Program-made: the position numbers and the translations under genes
Assembly (NCBI GenBank): GCA_963771275.1
Contig: CAVYSW010000003.1
Coordinates: 1,472,001-1,536,000, forward strand
Length of the DNA: 64,000 nucleotides
Reading direction: 5' to 3'
From: an uncultured Gemmatimonadales bacterium
Lineage (GTDB): Bacteria; Gemmatimonadota; Gemmatimonadetes; Gemmatimonadales; GWC2-71-9
Part shown: positions 41,750 through 51,678 of the stretch, piece after piece
Position numbering within the stretch: the stretch's first letter is position 1
How the letters are laid out: the number at the start of each line of letters is the position of its first letter
Notes under the pieces: model-generated
Told to the model about the DNA's origin: nothing
Database searches by the model: none
What the model saw: only the letters and a program-made list of their open reading frames with translations

Positions 41750-42601
41750 TCACCGCCGGTGCCGCAAGAACATCTCGCCGAGCAAGCGGCCCGTGTCGGC
41801 GTCGCCGCGATACCAGGAGTGGTTGCCGCCCTCGATCACGTAGAGCAGCGTCTCGCCGTCGGCGGTGCAGCCGGCGAACCGCTCGAGTCGCACGCGGTGA
41901 CTGTCCGCCAGCGCGTCCGGCTCGTACGTCACGATCACCGTGGAGACGTCGCAGCCGTTCCGCCGCGCAAACAGGCGAATGGTCGAGTCGGCCGACAGCC
42001 GGCCGACGGCGGAATCGCCGTCGATCGGCACCACGAGATCCACCGAGCCCACCACCAGCGCCGTGGCGATCCGCGCGCGGGGCCGGCACGCAACCGCGAC
42101 GTCGGCCGACATGGTGGAGGCGACGATGCCGACGGCGGCAAAGGACGGCGCTTCCTCGCAGGCGAGCCGCATGGTGAAGGACCCGCCGCGCGAGAACCCC
42201 GTGGCATACACCCGGTCGCGGTCCAGGTTGAGGCGCCGGGCGAGCGCCTCGATCAGGCCGAGCGTGAAGTTCACGTCCTTCGGGCCGTCGAGATCCCAAT
42301 CGCGGGCGCCCTGCATGTAGGCGACCACGAAGCCCAGGCTGTCGGCGGGGCCGTCCAGCCCGGTGGACGCCCGCATCTCCTCCGCGTTCCCGCCCGCGCC
42401 ATGGAACGCGAGCACGAGGGGATACGCCTCTGAGCCGTCATAGGAGGGCGGCACGTGCACCACGGCGCTCCGCACCGTATCGGCGATGGCGACCTTGAAC
42501 TCGAAGTCGTACACGCCGTCGAACGGCGCGACGGCCTCGCCGCAGGCGAGGGCGAGGAGCGCGACGGTCGCGGTCAGCGCCGAGACTGTATGCCGCGACA
42601 C
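41750..42601 (-). CDS. LpqC/PHB-depolymerase-like esterase, lipoprotein
   Basis: LALAC lipobox, PLVLAFHG, GFSRGG nucleophile elbow, GGNHSW. Start GTG 42601 with GGAG. Confidence 0.85.
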   Translation of the reverse strand: MSRHTVSALTATVALLALACGEAVAPFDGVYDFEFKVAIADTVRSAVVHVPPSYDGSEAYPLVLAFHGAGGNAEEMRASTGLDGPADSLGFVVAYMQGARDWDLDGPKDVNFTLGLIEALARRLNLDRDRVYATGFSRGGSFTMRLACEEAPSFAAVGIVASTMSADVAVACRPRARIATALVVGSVDLVVPIDGDSAVGRLSADSTIRLFARRNGCDVSTVIVTYEPDALADSHRVRLERFAGCTADGETLLYVIEGGNHSWYRGDADTGRLLGEMFLRHRR

Positions 42602-42754
42602 CGGATACTCCGAGAAGATCTCACCTGTAAAAGGTAGTGGAACGTCAGGTCGCGTTCCGCCCATCGTCACTCAACGTCACGCCGCCTCCGGGGTACCCTA
42701 TCGGGAGACGGCAGGGGTGAGGGCAACACGCAGCAGCGGGAGGAGATAAAACAG

Positions 42755-43738
42755 ATGCAGACGCGCACCCTCGGGGCTGACGGCCCCGCGATATCGGCGA
42801 TCGGATTGGGCTGTATGGGGATGTCGGACTTCTACGGTCCGGCCGAGGACGCCCGCTCCATCACCGTGATCCACCGGGCCCTGGAGCTGGGGGTCAACAT
42901 CTTCGATACCGCCGACGTGTACGGCGTGGGCCGCAACGAATCACTCGTGGGCCGCGCGCTCCGCGACCGGCGCGACCGGGCGGTGATCGCCACCAAGTTC
43001 GGCAACGTGCGCGGCGCCGACGGCACGTTCCTCGGCGTCAACGGCCGGCCCGAGTACGTGCGGCAGGCGTGCGAGGCGAGCCTCGGCCGGCTTGGCGTCG
43101 AGTCCATCGACCTCTACTATCAGCACCGCGTCGATTCCCAGACCCCTATCGAGGATACCGTCGGGGCCATGGCCGACCTGGTGCAGCAGGGGAAGGTGCG
43201 CTACCTCGGCCTTTCCGAGGCGGGGCCAGCAACCATCCGGCGCGCCCACGCGGTGCATCCCATCGCCGCGCTCCAGACCGAGTACTCGCTCTGGTCCCGC
43301 GAGCCGGAAGACGGGCTGCTCGACCTGTGCGCCGCGCTGGGCATCACCTTCGTGGCCTATAGCCCGCTGGGACGCGGCTTCCTGACCGGCGCGATCCGGC
43401 GACCGGACGATCTCAGCCCCACCGACTGGCGGCGTAACCACCCGCGCTTCTCGGGCGAGAACCTCCCGGCCAACCTCACGTTGGCGGACGCGATCCGCGA
43501 CCTGGCGCGGGGCAGGGGATGCACGGCCGCGCAACTGGCGCTGGCCTGGCTGCTGGCGCACCGAGGAGTCGTGCCCATTCCAGGCACGCGCCGCATCGAG
43601 CGGTTGGAGGAGAACATCGCCGCCGTGGAGCTCGTGCTGAGCCGCGAGGAGCGGGCGCGACTCGAGGCCGCGCTCCCCCCGGGTGCCGCGGCCGGCGCCC
43701 GGTATCCCGAGTCCGGCATGCGCACCGTGAACCGATAG
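42755..43738 (+). CDS. aldo/keto reductase
   Basis: [40 protein letters not shown]. Confidence 0.95.
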   Translation: MQTRTLGADGPAISAIGLGCMGMSDFYGPAEDARSITVIHRALELGVNIFDTADVYGVGRNESLVGRALRDRRDRAVIATKFGNVRGADGTFLGVNGRPEYVRQACEASLGRLGVESIDLYYQHRVDSQTPIEDTVGAMADLVQQGKVRYLGLSEAGPATIRRAHAVHPIAALQTEYSLWSREPEDGLLDLCAALGITFVAYSPLGRGFLTGAIRRPDDLSPTDWRRNHPRFSGENLPANLTLADAIRDLARGRGCTAAQLALAWLLAHRGVVPIPGTRRIERLEENIAAVELVLSREERARLEAALPPGAAAGARYPESGMRTVNR

Positions 43739-43766
43739 ACGGGGGGACAACGCGGGAGGCGTTGCC

Positions 43767-44801
43767 ATGACCTTGCCCATGAGGCCGCTCGGCACGAGCG
43801 GCATCGAGATCACGAAAGTGGGGTTCGGCGCCTGGGCCGCGGGCGGCGGCGACTGGGCCTTCAGCTGGGGCCCCCAGGACGACGCGCAGTCGCTGGCCGC
43901 CATGCGGCACGCGCTGGAGCGCGGCATCAACTGGATCGACACCGCCGCGGTCTACGGCCTGGGGCACTCCGAGGAGGTGGTCGGCCGGCTCCTCCGGAAG
44001 CTGCCGGTGGCTCACCGTCCGCTGGTGTTCACCAAGGGCGGCCAGGTGTGGGACCCGGCGGACCGCCAGGCGGCGCCGCGCCGGAACCTCCAGCCCGCGT
44101 CCATTCGCGCCGAGGTGGAGCGGTCGCTCCACCGCCTCGGCATCGAGCGGATCGATCTCTACCAGTACCACTGGCCGGACGAGACGGGCGTGACCCTGGA
44201 GGACGCGTGGCGTGAGATGGGCCGGCTGATCGAGCAGGGGAAGGTCCGGGCCGGCGGCGTGTCCAACTTCAACGTGGCGCAACTGGAGCGATGCGAGGCC
44301 CTGCGCCACGTGGACTCGCTCCAGCCGCCGTTCTCGCTGATCCGTCGCCAGGCGGCGTCGGCCGAGATCCCGTGGTGCGCCGAGCACGGGACCGGGGTGA
44401 TCGTCTACAGCCCCATGCAGACCGGGCTGCTGACCGACCGGTTCGACCGCGACCGGATTGCCCGGTTCGCCGCGGACGACTGGCGCCGGCGGGCGCCGGA
44501 GCTCCAGGAGCCGCGGCTCAGCCGGAACCTCGCGCTGCGGGATGCGCTGCGGCCCATCGCCGCGCGGCACGAGACCACCGTCGCCGCCGTGGCGGTGGCG
44601 TGGACCCTCGCCTGGCCCGGCGTGAGCGGCGCGATCGTGGGCGCCCGCTCGGCCGAGCAGGTGGACGGCTGGATCGGAGGCGCCGCGCTCACGCTGTCCG
44701 CGGAAGATCTCGCGGAGATCGCGACCGCGATCGAGCGCAGCGGTGCGGGAACCGGCCCCGTTAGGTCAGAAGGCAGGGAGCGCAGATGGGCAGAAAATTG
44801 A
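43767..44801 (+). CDS. aldo/keto reductase
   Basis: GFGAW, DTAAVYG, IDLYQYHWP, GVSNF, YSPMQTG. Confidence 0.95.
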   Translation: MTLPMRPLGTSGIEITKVGFGAWAAGGGDWAFSWGPQDDAQSLAAMRHALERGINWIDTAAVYGLGHSEEVVGRLLRKLPVAHRPLVFTKGGQVWDPADRQAAPRRNLQPASIRAEVERSLHRLGIERIDLYQYHWPDETGVTLEDAWREMGRLIEQGKVRAGGVSNFNVAQLERCEALRHVDSLQPPFSLIRRQAASAEIPWCAEHGTGVIVYSPMQTGLLTDRFDRDRIARFAADDWRRRAPELQEPRLSRNLALRDALRPIAARHETTVAAVAVAWTLAWPGVSGAIVGARSAEQVDGWIGGAALTLSAEDLAEIATAIERSGAGTGPVRSEGRERRWAEN

Positions 44802-45033
44802 GGGTCCCCTGGCGCTCCGGCGCGAGACCAGACCAGGTTCGGTCGGGAATGGTCGCCTCACTCACAACACGCTGTATGACAACGGCTTATGCGTCGCAAT
44901 GATGGCATACTGGCGGCTTGGTGTCGGCTCGCTATGCGCTTGGTGGTGGTGATTCGGCGGCGCGCTGGAAACCACGGCCCGCCCCCGTACGTAAGGACAC
45001 CCAACCTGAGGCGATGGCCTCGAGGAGGGTGAC

Positions 45034-45240
45034 ATGTTGCGACCGGTTCTCGCGCTCGCCGGTGTCGCGGTGGTGGGCGTCGTGCTGTGGAAGCTCGCAT
45101 GGCTGTTCGTTCTCCCGTTCGTCGGGATGTTTCTGGGTCTCCTCATCCTCGCGGCCAAGGTCCTGCTCATCGTAGGTCTGCTGTACCTGGCCTACCGGCT
45201 GTACCGCAAGTGGGTGGTCGGCAGCACCGCAGCGAGCTGA
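45034..45240 (+). CDS. small membrane protein (68 aa)
   Basis: GAGGAG RBS; two hydrophobic segments; followed by a terminator. Confidence 0.8.
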   Translation: MLRPVLALAGVAVVGVVLWKLAWLFVLPFVGMFLGLLILAAKVLLIVGLLYLAYRLYRKWVVGSTAAS

Positions 45241-45258
45241 GACCCGCCACGGTCACTG

Positions 45259-45301
45259 CGGGGCCGGCGTCGCCATCACCGCGCGATGCCGGCCCCGTTT
45301 T
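45259..45301 (+). terminator. intrinsic terminator
   Basis: CGGGGCCGGCGTCGC-loop-GCGATGCCGGCCCCG followed by TTTT. Confidence 0.8.
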
Positions 45302-45380
45302 GCATGCATGGGGGCTGCTGGCACCGGCCTCCCCCGCGGGGTAGGTTTCCGGACCCTTCGGCCCCTTCCTCGGAGACCGC

Positions 45381-46832
45381 ATGACCGCGCCGTCCCAGCC
45401 CGGTGCTCCACCGGCCCGCACCGAGTTCGTCAAGGCGATCTCGCGCCTCGACGCGACCGCCCTCGTCATGGGCTCGATGATCGGATCGGGCATCTTCATC
45501 GTCACCGCGGACATTCTCCGCACCGTGCAGAGCCCAGGCGTGATGCTCGTCGTGTGGGTGCTGTCCGGCATCATGACCCTGCTGGGGGCGCTGACCTACG
45601 GCGAGCTGGCGGCCATGTTCCCCAACGCGGGCGGCCAGTACATCTACCTGCGCGAAGGCATCTCGCCGCTGTTCGGCTACCTCTATGGCTGGACCCTGTT
45701 CATGGTGATCCAGACCGGCACGATCGCCGCGGTGGCCGCCGCGTTCGCGCGCTTCACGGCGGTGCTGTTCCCGGGGTTGAGCCCCGACGTCTTCCTCGGG
45801 GGCACGGTGACGCTCCCGACCGGTACCTACGAGGTCGGACTCTCGGCGCAACGGCTGCTGGCGATCGCGTCGATCGTGCTGCTCACGTGGGTCAACATCC
45901 GGGGCGTCCGCACGGCGGCCTTCATTCAGACCTCGCTCACGATCATCAAGACGGCGTCGCTCGCGGCGCTGGTGCTGCTCGGCCTCTCGATCGGTCGCAA
46001 CGCCGGGGCGATCGCGGCGAACTTCGGCGCGGCATTCTGGCCGGCCGGCGGCGTCACGCTGGCGCTGGTCCCGGCCATCGCGGCGGCGATGGTGGGGGCC
46101 CTGTTCTCGATGGATGCGTGGAACAACGTCGGGTTCGCGGCGGGTGAGCTCAAGCAGCCGGAGCGGGACCTGCCGTTTGCGATGGCCGCCGGGGTGACCC
46201 TGGTGACGACGCTCTACGTGCTGTCGAACGTCGCCTACCTCAACGTGCTGCCGGCGGACGCGATCGCGAATGCGCCGCAGGACCGGGTCGGCACCGCCGC
46301 GCTGCAGGCGATGTTCGGCGACCCCGGCCTCCGCATCATGGCTGTCGCCGTGATGATCTCGACGTTCGGCTGCAGCAACGGCCTGATTCTGGCCGGGGCG
46401 CGGGTCTACTACGCGATGGCGCGCGACAGGCTGTTCTTCCGGCGCGCCGGGCAGCTGCATCCCGAACACCGGACGCCCGCGCTCGCGCTCGTGGCGCAGG
46501 CGATCTGGACCAGTGTCCTCTGTCTGTCGGGGACCTACTCCCAGCTGCTCGACTACGTGATCTTCGCGGCGGTGCTGTTCTACATGCTCACCGCGCTCGG
46601 CCTGTTCGTGCTGCGGCGGAAGCGGCCGATGGCCGAGCGCCCGGTGCGGGCGGTCGGCTACCCGTGGCTCCCGGCACTCTACGTGGCCGCCACGGCCCTG
46701 TTCTGCGTGAACCTGCTGGCGCAGCGACCACTCTACACCTGGCCGGGCCTGATCATCGTGGCGCTCGGCGTCCCGGTGTACTTCGGCTGGAGAGCTGTCG
46801 TGCGGGCGCGAGAGGCCAGCGCGGCGGCCTGA
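45381..46832 (+). CDS. APC family amino acid permease
   Basis: GSMIGSGIF, YGELAAMFPNAGGQY, RVYYAMARD; about 12 TM segments. Confidence 0.94.
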   Translation: MTAPSQPGAPPARTEFVKAISRLDATALVMGSMIGSGIFIVTADILRTVQSPGVMLVVWVLSGIMTLLGALTYGELAAMFPNAGGQYIYLREGISPLFGYLYGWTLFMVIQTGTIAAVAAAFARFTAVLFPGLSPDVFLGGTVTLPTGTYEVGLSAQRLLAIASIVLLTWVNIRGVRTAAFIQTSLTIIKTASLAALVLLGLSIGRNAGAIAANFGAAFWPAGGVTLALVPAIAAAMVGALFSMDAWNNVGFAAGELKQPERDLPFAMAAGVTLVTTLYVLSNVAYLNVLPADAIANAPQDRVGTAALQAMFGDPGLRIMAVAVMISTFGCSNGLILAGARVYYAMARDRLFFRRAGQLHPEHRTPALALVAQAIWTSVLCLSGTYSQLLDYVIFAAVLFYMLTALGLFVLRRKRPMAERPVRAVGYPWLPALYVAATALFCVNLLAQRPLYTWPGLIIVALGVPVYFGWRAVVRAREASAAA

Positions 46833-46853
46833 CGACGCGCGCCGGGCAGGCGC

Positions 46854-47795
46854 TCAGTGCTGAGCCGCTGCGTGGGGCGGGAGGTCCTCGCCGCCCGGGC
46901 GCTCGAGCCGTTGGTCCTGGAACGACGCGGGGTCCTCGATCGGCTCGATGTGGGTGAATACGGTGCTGAAGGGCACCGCGGTCCGGACTTCGTCCTCGAT
47001 CCGCTCGAGCAGGTCGTGCCCCCGCTGGACGGTCCAATCCCCCGGCACCAACACGTGGAACGAGATGAACCGCCAGCGGCCGGCCTGGCGCGTTCGCAGC
47101 GCGTGCCAGTGAACACCGTCGGCGGCGAGCGCGTCGAGCAGGCCGCAGATCTCGCGGCGCAGGTGCTCCGGCAGCGACGTGTCGAGGAGGCCGAGTGCGG
47201 AGCGACGGACCAGATTCACACCCGTCCGCACGATGTTCGCCGCCACGAGGATGGCGACCAGGGGATCGAGGATCTGCCAGCCGGTGAGGACCGCGGCGCC
47301 GACCCCGGCGATCACGCCCGCCGACGTCCACACGTCGGTCATGAGGTGATCGGCGTCGGCCTCGAGCGTGATGGAGTCGTGGCGCCGGCCGGCCGCGAAC
47401 AGCAGGCGGGCCACGCCGAGGTTCACCAGCGACGCGACCGCCGACACCCCGAGACCGAGACCCGCCTGCTCGATCGGGTGGGGGGCGAGGAGCCGCCGAA
47501 TGGCGGCGTACGCGATGCTCCCGGCCGCCACGAGAATCAGGCCGCCTTCGAAGCCGCTCGAGAAATACTCGGCTTTGGTATGACCGTAGGCGTGATCGTC
47601 ATCTTCGGGCCGCGCGGCGGCCGACAGGGCGAGCAGCGCCACGATGGCCGCAGCCAGGTTGACCAGGCTCTCCAGCGCATCGGAGAGGATTCCGACCGAC
47701 CCGGTGAGCGCGTAGGCCCCGCTCTTGAGGCCGATCGTGACGAGGGCCGCAGCGATGGAGATCAGGGCGTAACGGCGGAGCGTGGGTTGCTTCAT
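46854..47795 (-). CDS. cation diffusion facilitator family transporter (FieF-like)
   Basis: [37 protein letters not shown]. Confidence 0.93.
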   Translation of the reverse strand: MKQPTLRRYALISIAAALVTIGLKSGAYALTGSVGILSDALESLVNLAAAIVALLALSAAARPEDDDHAYGHTKAEYFSSGFEGGLILVAAGSIAYAAIRRLLAPHPIEQAGLGLGVSAVASLVNLGVARLLFAAGRRHDSITLEADADHLMTDVWTSAGVIAGVGAAVLTGWQILDPLVAILVAANIVRTGVNLVRRSALGLLDTSLPEHLRREICGLLDALAADGVHWHALRTRQAGRWRFISFHVLVPGDWTVQRGHDLLERIEDEVRTAVPFSTVFTHIEPIEDPASFQDQRLERPGGEDLPPHAAAQH

Positions 47796-47949
47796 GTCTT
47801 CGCGCGGCGCGTGAGGGAGGGAATGTGCGCTGTCGCGCCGCGCCCCGACAGGTCACCGGCGGGAATCCCCGATCGTCGGACCGGGACGGGGGATGAGCTG
47901 GCCGCGCTGCGGGGAACCCGGCTCGACGGTCACGCGCGCTTTGGGGGGC

Positions 47950-48013
47950 GCAAGTAAGTGACCCAAGGTCACTTACTTGCTTGCCTGGTACGTTGTGATA
48001 TGACCAATGGTCA
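47950..48013. promoter_or_regulatory. palindromic operator pair (TGACC-N3-GGTCA x2)
   Basis: GCAAGTAAGTGACC-CAA-GGTCACTTACTTGC (47950-47980) and TGACC-AAT-GGTCA (48001-48013). Confidence 0.6.
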
Positions 48014-48161
48014 GTTACGACTTCGAACGCCCTGGTGTCCCCTTGTGCCGTGCCGACCAGACGCCGGCCTGAGCGACACGGTCCGGCAGCGTCACGGAAC
48101 GCACCACAGGTTCGTGCGTGACGAGGCGATCGTCGGGCGGGTATGGCACCGGGAGGGGCTG

Positions 48162-48575
48162 ATGAGACGTCACCGGATTCGGCAACTGCGCTGTGTGATC
48201 GCCCTGCTTGGGCTGGCGGTACTCGGCGCGTGCCACGACGCGCCGGTCCAACCGGCGGGCGTGCAACTCGATTCGATCGTGATTGGCGTGGCCGGTCTGC
48301 CTGACGAGTTCGACTCGCTCACGACGTTCACCTTCGACGTTCCGGCCGTGAACGCCGAGTCGGTGCTTGTCGCGCTACTTGATGTCGGCATACCGGTGCG
48401 CTACGCCTGGCGCCCGCTCGACAACCGGTGCATGGACCCGATCGGGCCACGCTTCACCGTTCAGTTGCACCGGGATGATCCCCGCATGCTGGATCACGGC
48501 TTCGTGCGCGGCGCCGTGGGCCGCCTCCTGTGTGCAAGCCAGCTGATGTGGTACCAGGTACGGCCGGACCCGTAG
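48162..48575 (+). CDS. hypothetical lipoprotein
   Basis: GGAGG RBS; basic n-region and LGAC lipobox; two further Cys. Confidence 0.7.
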   Translation: MRRHRIRQLRCVIALLGLAVLGACHDAPVQPAGVQLDSIVIGVAGLPDEFDSLTTFTFDVPAVNAESVLVALLDVGIPVRYAWRPLDNRCMDPIGPRFTVQLHRDDPRMLDHGFVRGAVGRLLCASQLMWYQVRPDP

Positions 48576-48599
48576 CGGATGGCGTCTCGACCGGTGTGC

Positions 48600-48669
48600 C
48601 CGCAGAGAACGCGGAGCGCGCGGCGGTCATCCTGAAGGTACGCCTGCGATCTCCGCGATCTCCGCGGTG
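48600..48669. repeat. REP-like imperfect palindrome of 9-bp units between convergent genes
   Basis: CGCAGAGAACGCGGAGCGCGCGGCG ... CTGCGATCTCCGCGATCTCCGCGGTG. Confidence 0.55.
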
Positions 48670-48684
48670 CCTCCGTCCGGGGCG

Positions 48685-49278
48685 CTACTTCACGGGCATC
48701 ATGACGTGCGCGTAGGGCGTGTTCTGGAACATGACGTACGGCGCGCCGCTGGCATGATCCGTGGACATACCCTTGAGCATCGCGGGGTCCGGAAACACCA
48801 CCATGACGTGCGGCCCGGAGTTCACCCAGCTCGCCCCGGAGTCCGGGTGCGTGGCGAACGGATCCGTGTTGCTCGCGTCCGAGCCGCCCTGGAGCATGTA
48901 GGCGAAGCCGGCCGTCTTGAGGGCGGGGATCGTGTGAGCCTGCCACGCGCCCGCCCACTCCATGAAAGCCGCGTCGAGGCACATGGGGTCGGTGCCGGGA
49001 GTGCTGGGGATGTCGGGCATGCACGTCCACCCGTTGGTGCCGGCGCGGAGCTCCGTCATCGCCGCGCCGGCGGTCGCGGGCCAATCCATCACCGCGGCGT
49101 TCGCGGTAACAGCGGCCGGTCCCGCGCTCAGCGCGTTCTGGATCTTCCACTCGGGTGTTCCTGGGGCCGGCCCGGCGGGCGGCATCGGGGCCTGTGCTTC
49201 CTGCGGCGGCTCGGCCTGCTTCTGGCAGCCGACGGTGAGAAGGACGGTGAAGAGGAACGGGATCGAGGCCGACCGCAT
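48685..49278 (-). CDS. conserved hypothetical lipoprotein (Met/Cys/His-rich)
   Basis: GGAGGT RBS, TVGC lipobox; GTNGWTCMP, PMCLD, YMLQGG, GPHVMV, HVMMP. Confidence 0.82.
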   Translation of the reverse strand: MRSASIPFLFTVLLTVGCQKQAEPPQEAQAPMPPAGPAPGTPEWKIQNALSAGPAAVTANAAVMDWPATAGAAMTELRAGTNGWTCMPDIPSTPGTDPMCLDAAFMEWAGAWQAHTIPALKTAGFAYMLQGGSDASNTDPFATHPDSGASWVNSGPHVMVVFPDPAMLKGMSTDHASGAPYVMFQNTPYAHVMMPVK

Positions 49279-49397
49279 GCGGCACCTCCCACAGAACCTC
49301 GGAACATGCCCCTTCGGGGGCACGCGGACCACGGATCGGAAATTATCCTAATGGTTTAGTCGGAAATGGCAACCCAGTCGGACGGGTCGCGGCGCGG

Positions 49398-49832
49398 CTA
49401 ACGCGGCGGGCCGAGCCTGCCGCTCTCGCGTGCCTGGACGAGCAGCCGCTCCATGAAATCCACGCGCTCCTCAAGGTCCAGCATCTGGGTACGCATCGTC
49501 TCCAGGTCCTGCCGGACCCGCTCGTCCGGTCGGCCGGCTGCCGCGGGCGCCTCTGATTCGCTCCACCGCACGATCCGGCGGCCCTCGGCGTCGCGGAACT
49601 CCCCCGTGGCGATCACGACGCAGTCGGCCAGCCACCACAGGCCCAATCCGCCGAGCGTGCAGAGCATGACGACGCCGGAACTCACCTTCCCTGCGTAGAA
49701 CCGGTGCGCGCCGAAGACGCCGAGCGGCAGACTGAGCAGCAGCGCCGTCAGGCGTGATCGGTCGGACGCCGTCCCCCGGGGACTCCCCCGCTCGTACTCG
49801 TCGCTGGCGTACGGCTCGAGATCGTCTCGCAT
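49398..49832 (-). CDS. TM2 domain protein with C-terminal coiled coil
   Basis: SRLTALLL..GAHRFYAGK..TLGGLGLWWLAD; LEERVDFMERLL. Confidence 0.88.
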   Translation of the reverse strand: MRDDLEPYASDEYERGSPRGTASDRSRLTALLLSLPLGVFGAHRFYAGKVSSGVVMLCTLGGLGLWWLADCVVIATGEFRDAEGRRIVRWSESEAPAAAGRPDERVRQDLETMRTQMLDLEERVDFMERLLVQARESGRLGPPR

Positions 49833-49835
49833 TGC

Positions 49836-51602
49836 TCAGTACCTCCAGCTCGCCGTATCCGCCCCGGGCGGGTGGTTCTTGCGGATCTGGTCGGGGATCC
49901 GCGGTATGAACATCTGGGGGTAGCGCAGCCGGGACAGCGCGTTGGGACGGGTGTGATCGCCGTTCCAACAATGCTCGGCCCGGTCCCCGTAGTCGATCTC
50001 CCCCGCATAGTAGGGATCGCGCGTTCCCGTGAGGAAGTCCTCGACCAGGTAGACCGCGTCGTTGAGGTAGTACGTATCCATGTCGCCGACGTAGATGAAC
50101 AGCTTTCCCGTGAGCTTGGGGCCGAGGGTGGTCCAGTCGCGCCGGAGGATGTGGGACAGGTCGTAGTGCTCCCGCCAGTAACTCGCGACCGCGTGGTCGA
50201 TCACGCCGGTCGCCTTGTCCCAGATGGGCTTGGGATAGCCGTCCGCGCCCACCGGGGAGTACACCGCCTGCCAGATGTCCCACTGATCGCCCGACCGCCC
50301 GTGGCTGCCGAGCACCATCTCGCGACGGTTCGTCTCCTCGAGGGTCGCCGACACGTGCCCCAGCCAGTCGCGCTCGGCCGGTCGCGGGGTCCGCTTCCAG
50401 CGCGAGTCGAGGAAGTACGCGTTGGTGTCCTGGTAGATGTTCACCACGGTGTACGCCCGGAAGTCGATCGGGTCGGGGCAGGCCACCCAGGCCCCGTTGA
50501 ACTCGTCCGGGTAAAACACCTGGACGGCCATCGCTTCCCAGCCGCCCGTCGAGCCACCGTACGTGAACCGCGCCCACCCCTGCCCGATGCCGCGAAACCG
50601 CCGCTCGATCTCCGGGATCAGCTCGCGCATGATGGCGTCGCCGTACGGGCCGTTGTTCGCGGAGTTCACCGCGTACGAGTCGTCGTAGTAGGGCGTCGGG
50701 TGCTGGATCTCGACCAGCAGCACCCGCGGGAACCCCGGATCGGTCCAGTCCTTGTACAGCTGATACGCGGCCCGTTCCTGGATCCGGTTGTAGCAATCGA
50801 GCCGGAAGCGCGCGCTGTAGACGCAGGGGACCGTCGTATCGGGCGGCGTCTCGCGGAATCCGTCGAACGTGGAGGGGAAGTGTCCGTGGTCGATGACCAG
50901 CGGGTACCGCGCCTGCGGATGCGCGTCGAACCCCTCAGGCAGCAGGATGTGCGCGCCGAGGTACATCGGCGTGCCCCAGAAGTCGGTGAGCAGCTTGCTC
51001 TGGATCCGCACGTGCTTGATGTACTTGGTCTCCGGTGGATCGGGGATCGGCGGGATCTCCTGGTCGAGCGAGATCCGCGCCACGCCGCCCGATCGCGGGT
51101 CGATCGTGACCCAGCGCGGGATGCTGAAGAGATTGCCCGGCTTCTGGTTCCACTGCTGTCCCTCGCCCCGGTCGGGCGGCAGCTGCACGACGTGCCCGTC
51201 CGCGCGGCGGAACGTCGCGTAGCGGTTGAGCAGCGCCTGGACCCAGTACCGGCCGCCGGGCAAGTCTGCGAGGCGGTTTACCGGGTAGCCGGACACCGCG
51301 CCGTCGATGATCGCCTCCTTGCCAGGTGCCAGCCCCGCGACGTCGATGCCGAAGATCACCTGGGTGGCCGGGCCGTCCGAGATCTGGAACCGCGGCTCGG
51401 CGGTCGAGTCGGTCGAGACCATGAGGAGCAGGCGGCCGTCGAGCGGTGGCGTGCGGCGCGCGGCGGGTACGCTGATGGCGAATCGCGGACCCGGCGGGGC
51501 GGCGGGAACGGGCGGCCGGTGGGGGGCGTGGAACAGCGCGCTGGGGCCGGCCACGAGCGCGAAGACGGCCGATCCGGTGAAGGTCACGTGTAGTCGTCGC
51601 AT
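49836..51602 (-). CDS. exported alpha/beta-hydrolase (putative esterase family)
   Basis: Signal-like N-terminus; LLPEGF..RYP, NSANNGPYG, GGSTGG, GDMDTY, H near the C-terminus. Confidence 0.8.
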   Translation of the reverse strand: MRRLHVTFTGSAVFALVAGPSALFHAPHRPPVPAAPPGPRFAISVPAARRTPPLDGRLLLMVSTDSTAEPRFQISDGPATQVIFGIDVAGLAPGKEAIIDGAVSGYPVNRLADLPGGRYWVQALLNRYATFRRADGHVVQLPPDRGEGQQWNQKPGNLFSIPRWVTIDPRSGGVARISLDQEIPPIPDPPETKYIKHVRIQSKLLTDFWGTPMYLGAHILLPEGFDAHPQARYPLVIDHGHFPSTFDGFRETPPDTTVPCVYSARFRLDCYNRIQERAAYQLYKDWTDPGFPRVLLVEIQHPTPYYDDSYAVNSANNGPYGDAIMRELIPEIERRFRGIGQGWARFTYGGSTGGWEAMAVQVFYPDEFNGAWVACPDPIDFRAYTVVNIYQDTNAYFLDSRWKRTPRPAERDWLGHVSATLEETNRREMVLGSHGRSGDQWDIWQAVYSPVGADGYPKPIWDKATGVIDHAVASYWREHYDLSHILRRDWTTLGPKLTGKLFIYVGDMDTYYLNDAVYLVEDFLTGTRDPYYAGEIDYGDRAEHCWNGDHTRPNALSRLRYPQMFIPRIPDQIRKNHPPGADTASWRY

Positions 51603-51678
51603 GGCGGCAAACCTCCGGCGTGGGAACGTCAGGCTCCCCGGATAGCGTAGGCTGCGGAGCCCGGGGCCGCCAGAGCGA

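Noticed and set aside
44903..44918. TGGCATACTGGCGGCT as a sigma-54 promoter
   Set aside because: GG-N10-GC spacing is present but the -12 context is poor; an ECF-like motif closer to the gene fits better.
47796..47950. Metal-sensing riboswitch (NiCo or yybP) upstream of the CDF transporter
   Set aside because: No recognisable consensus by eye; an Infernal search would be needed.
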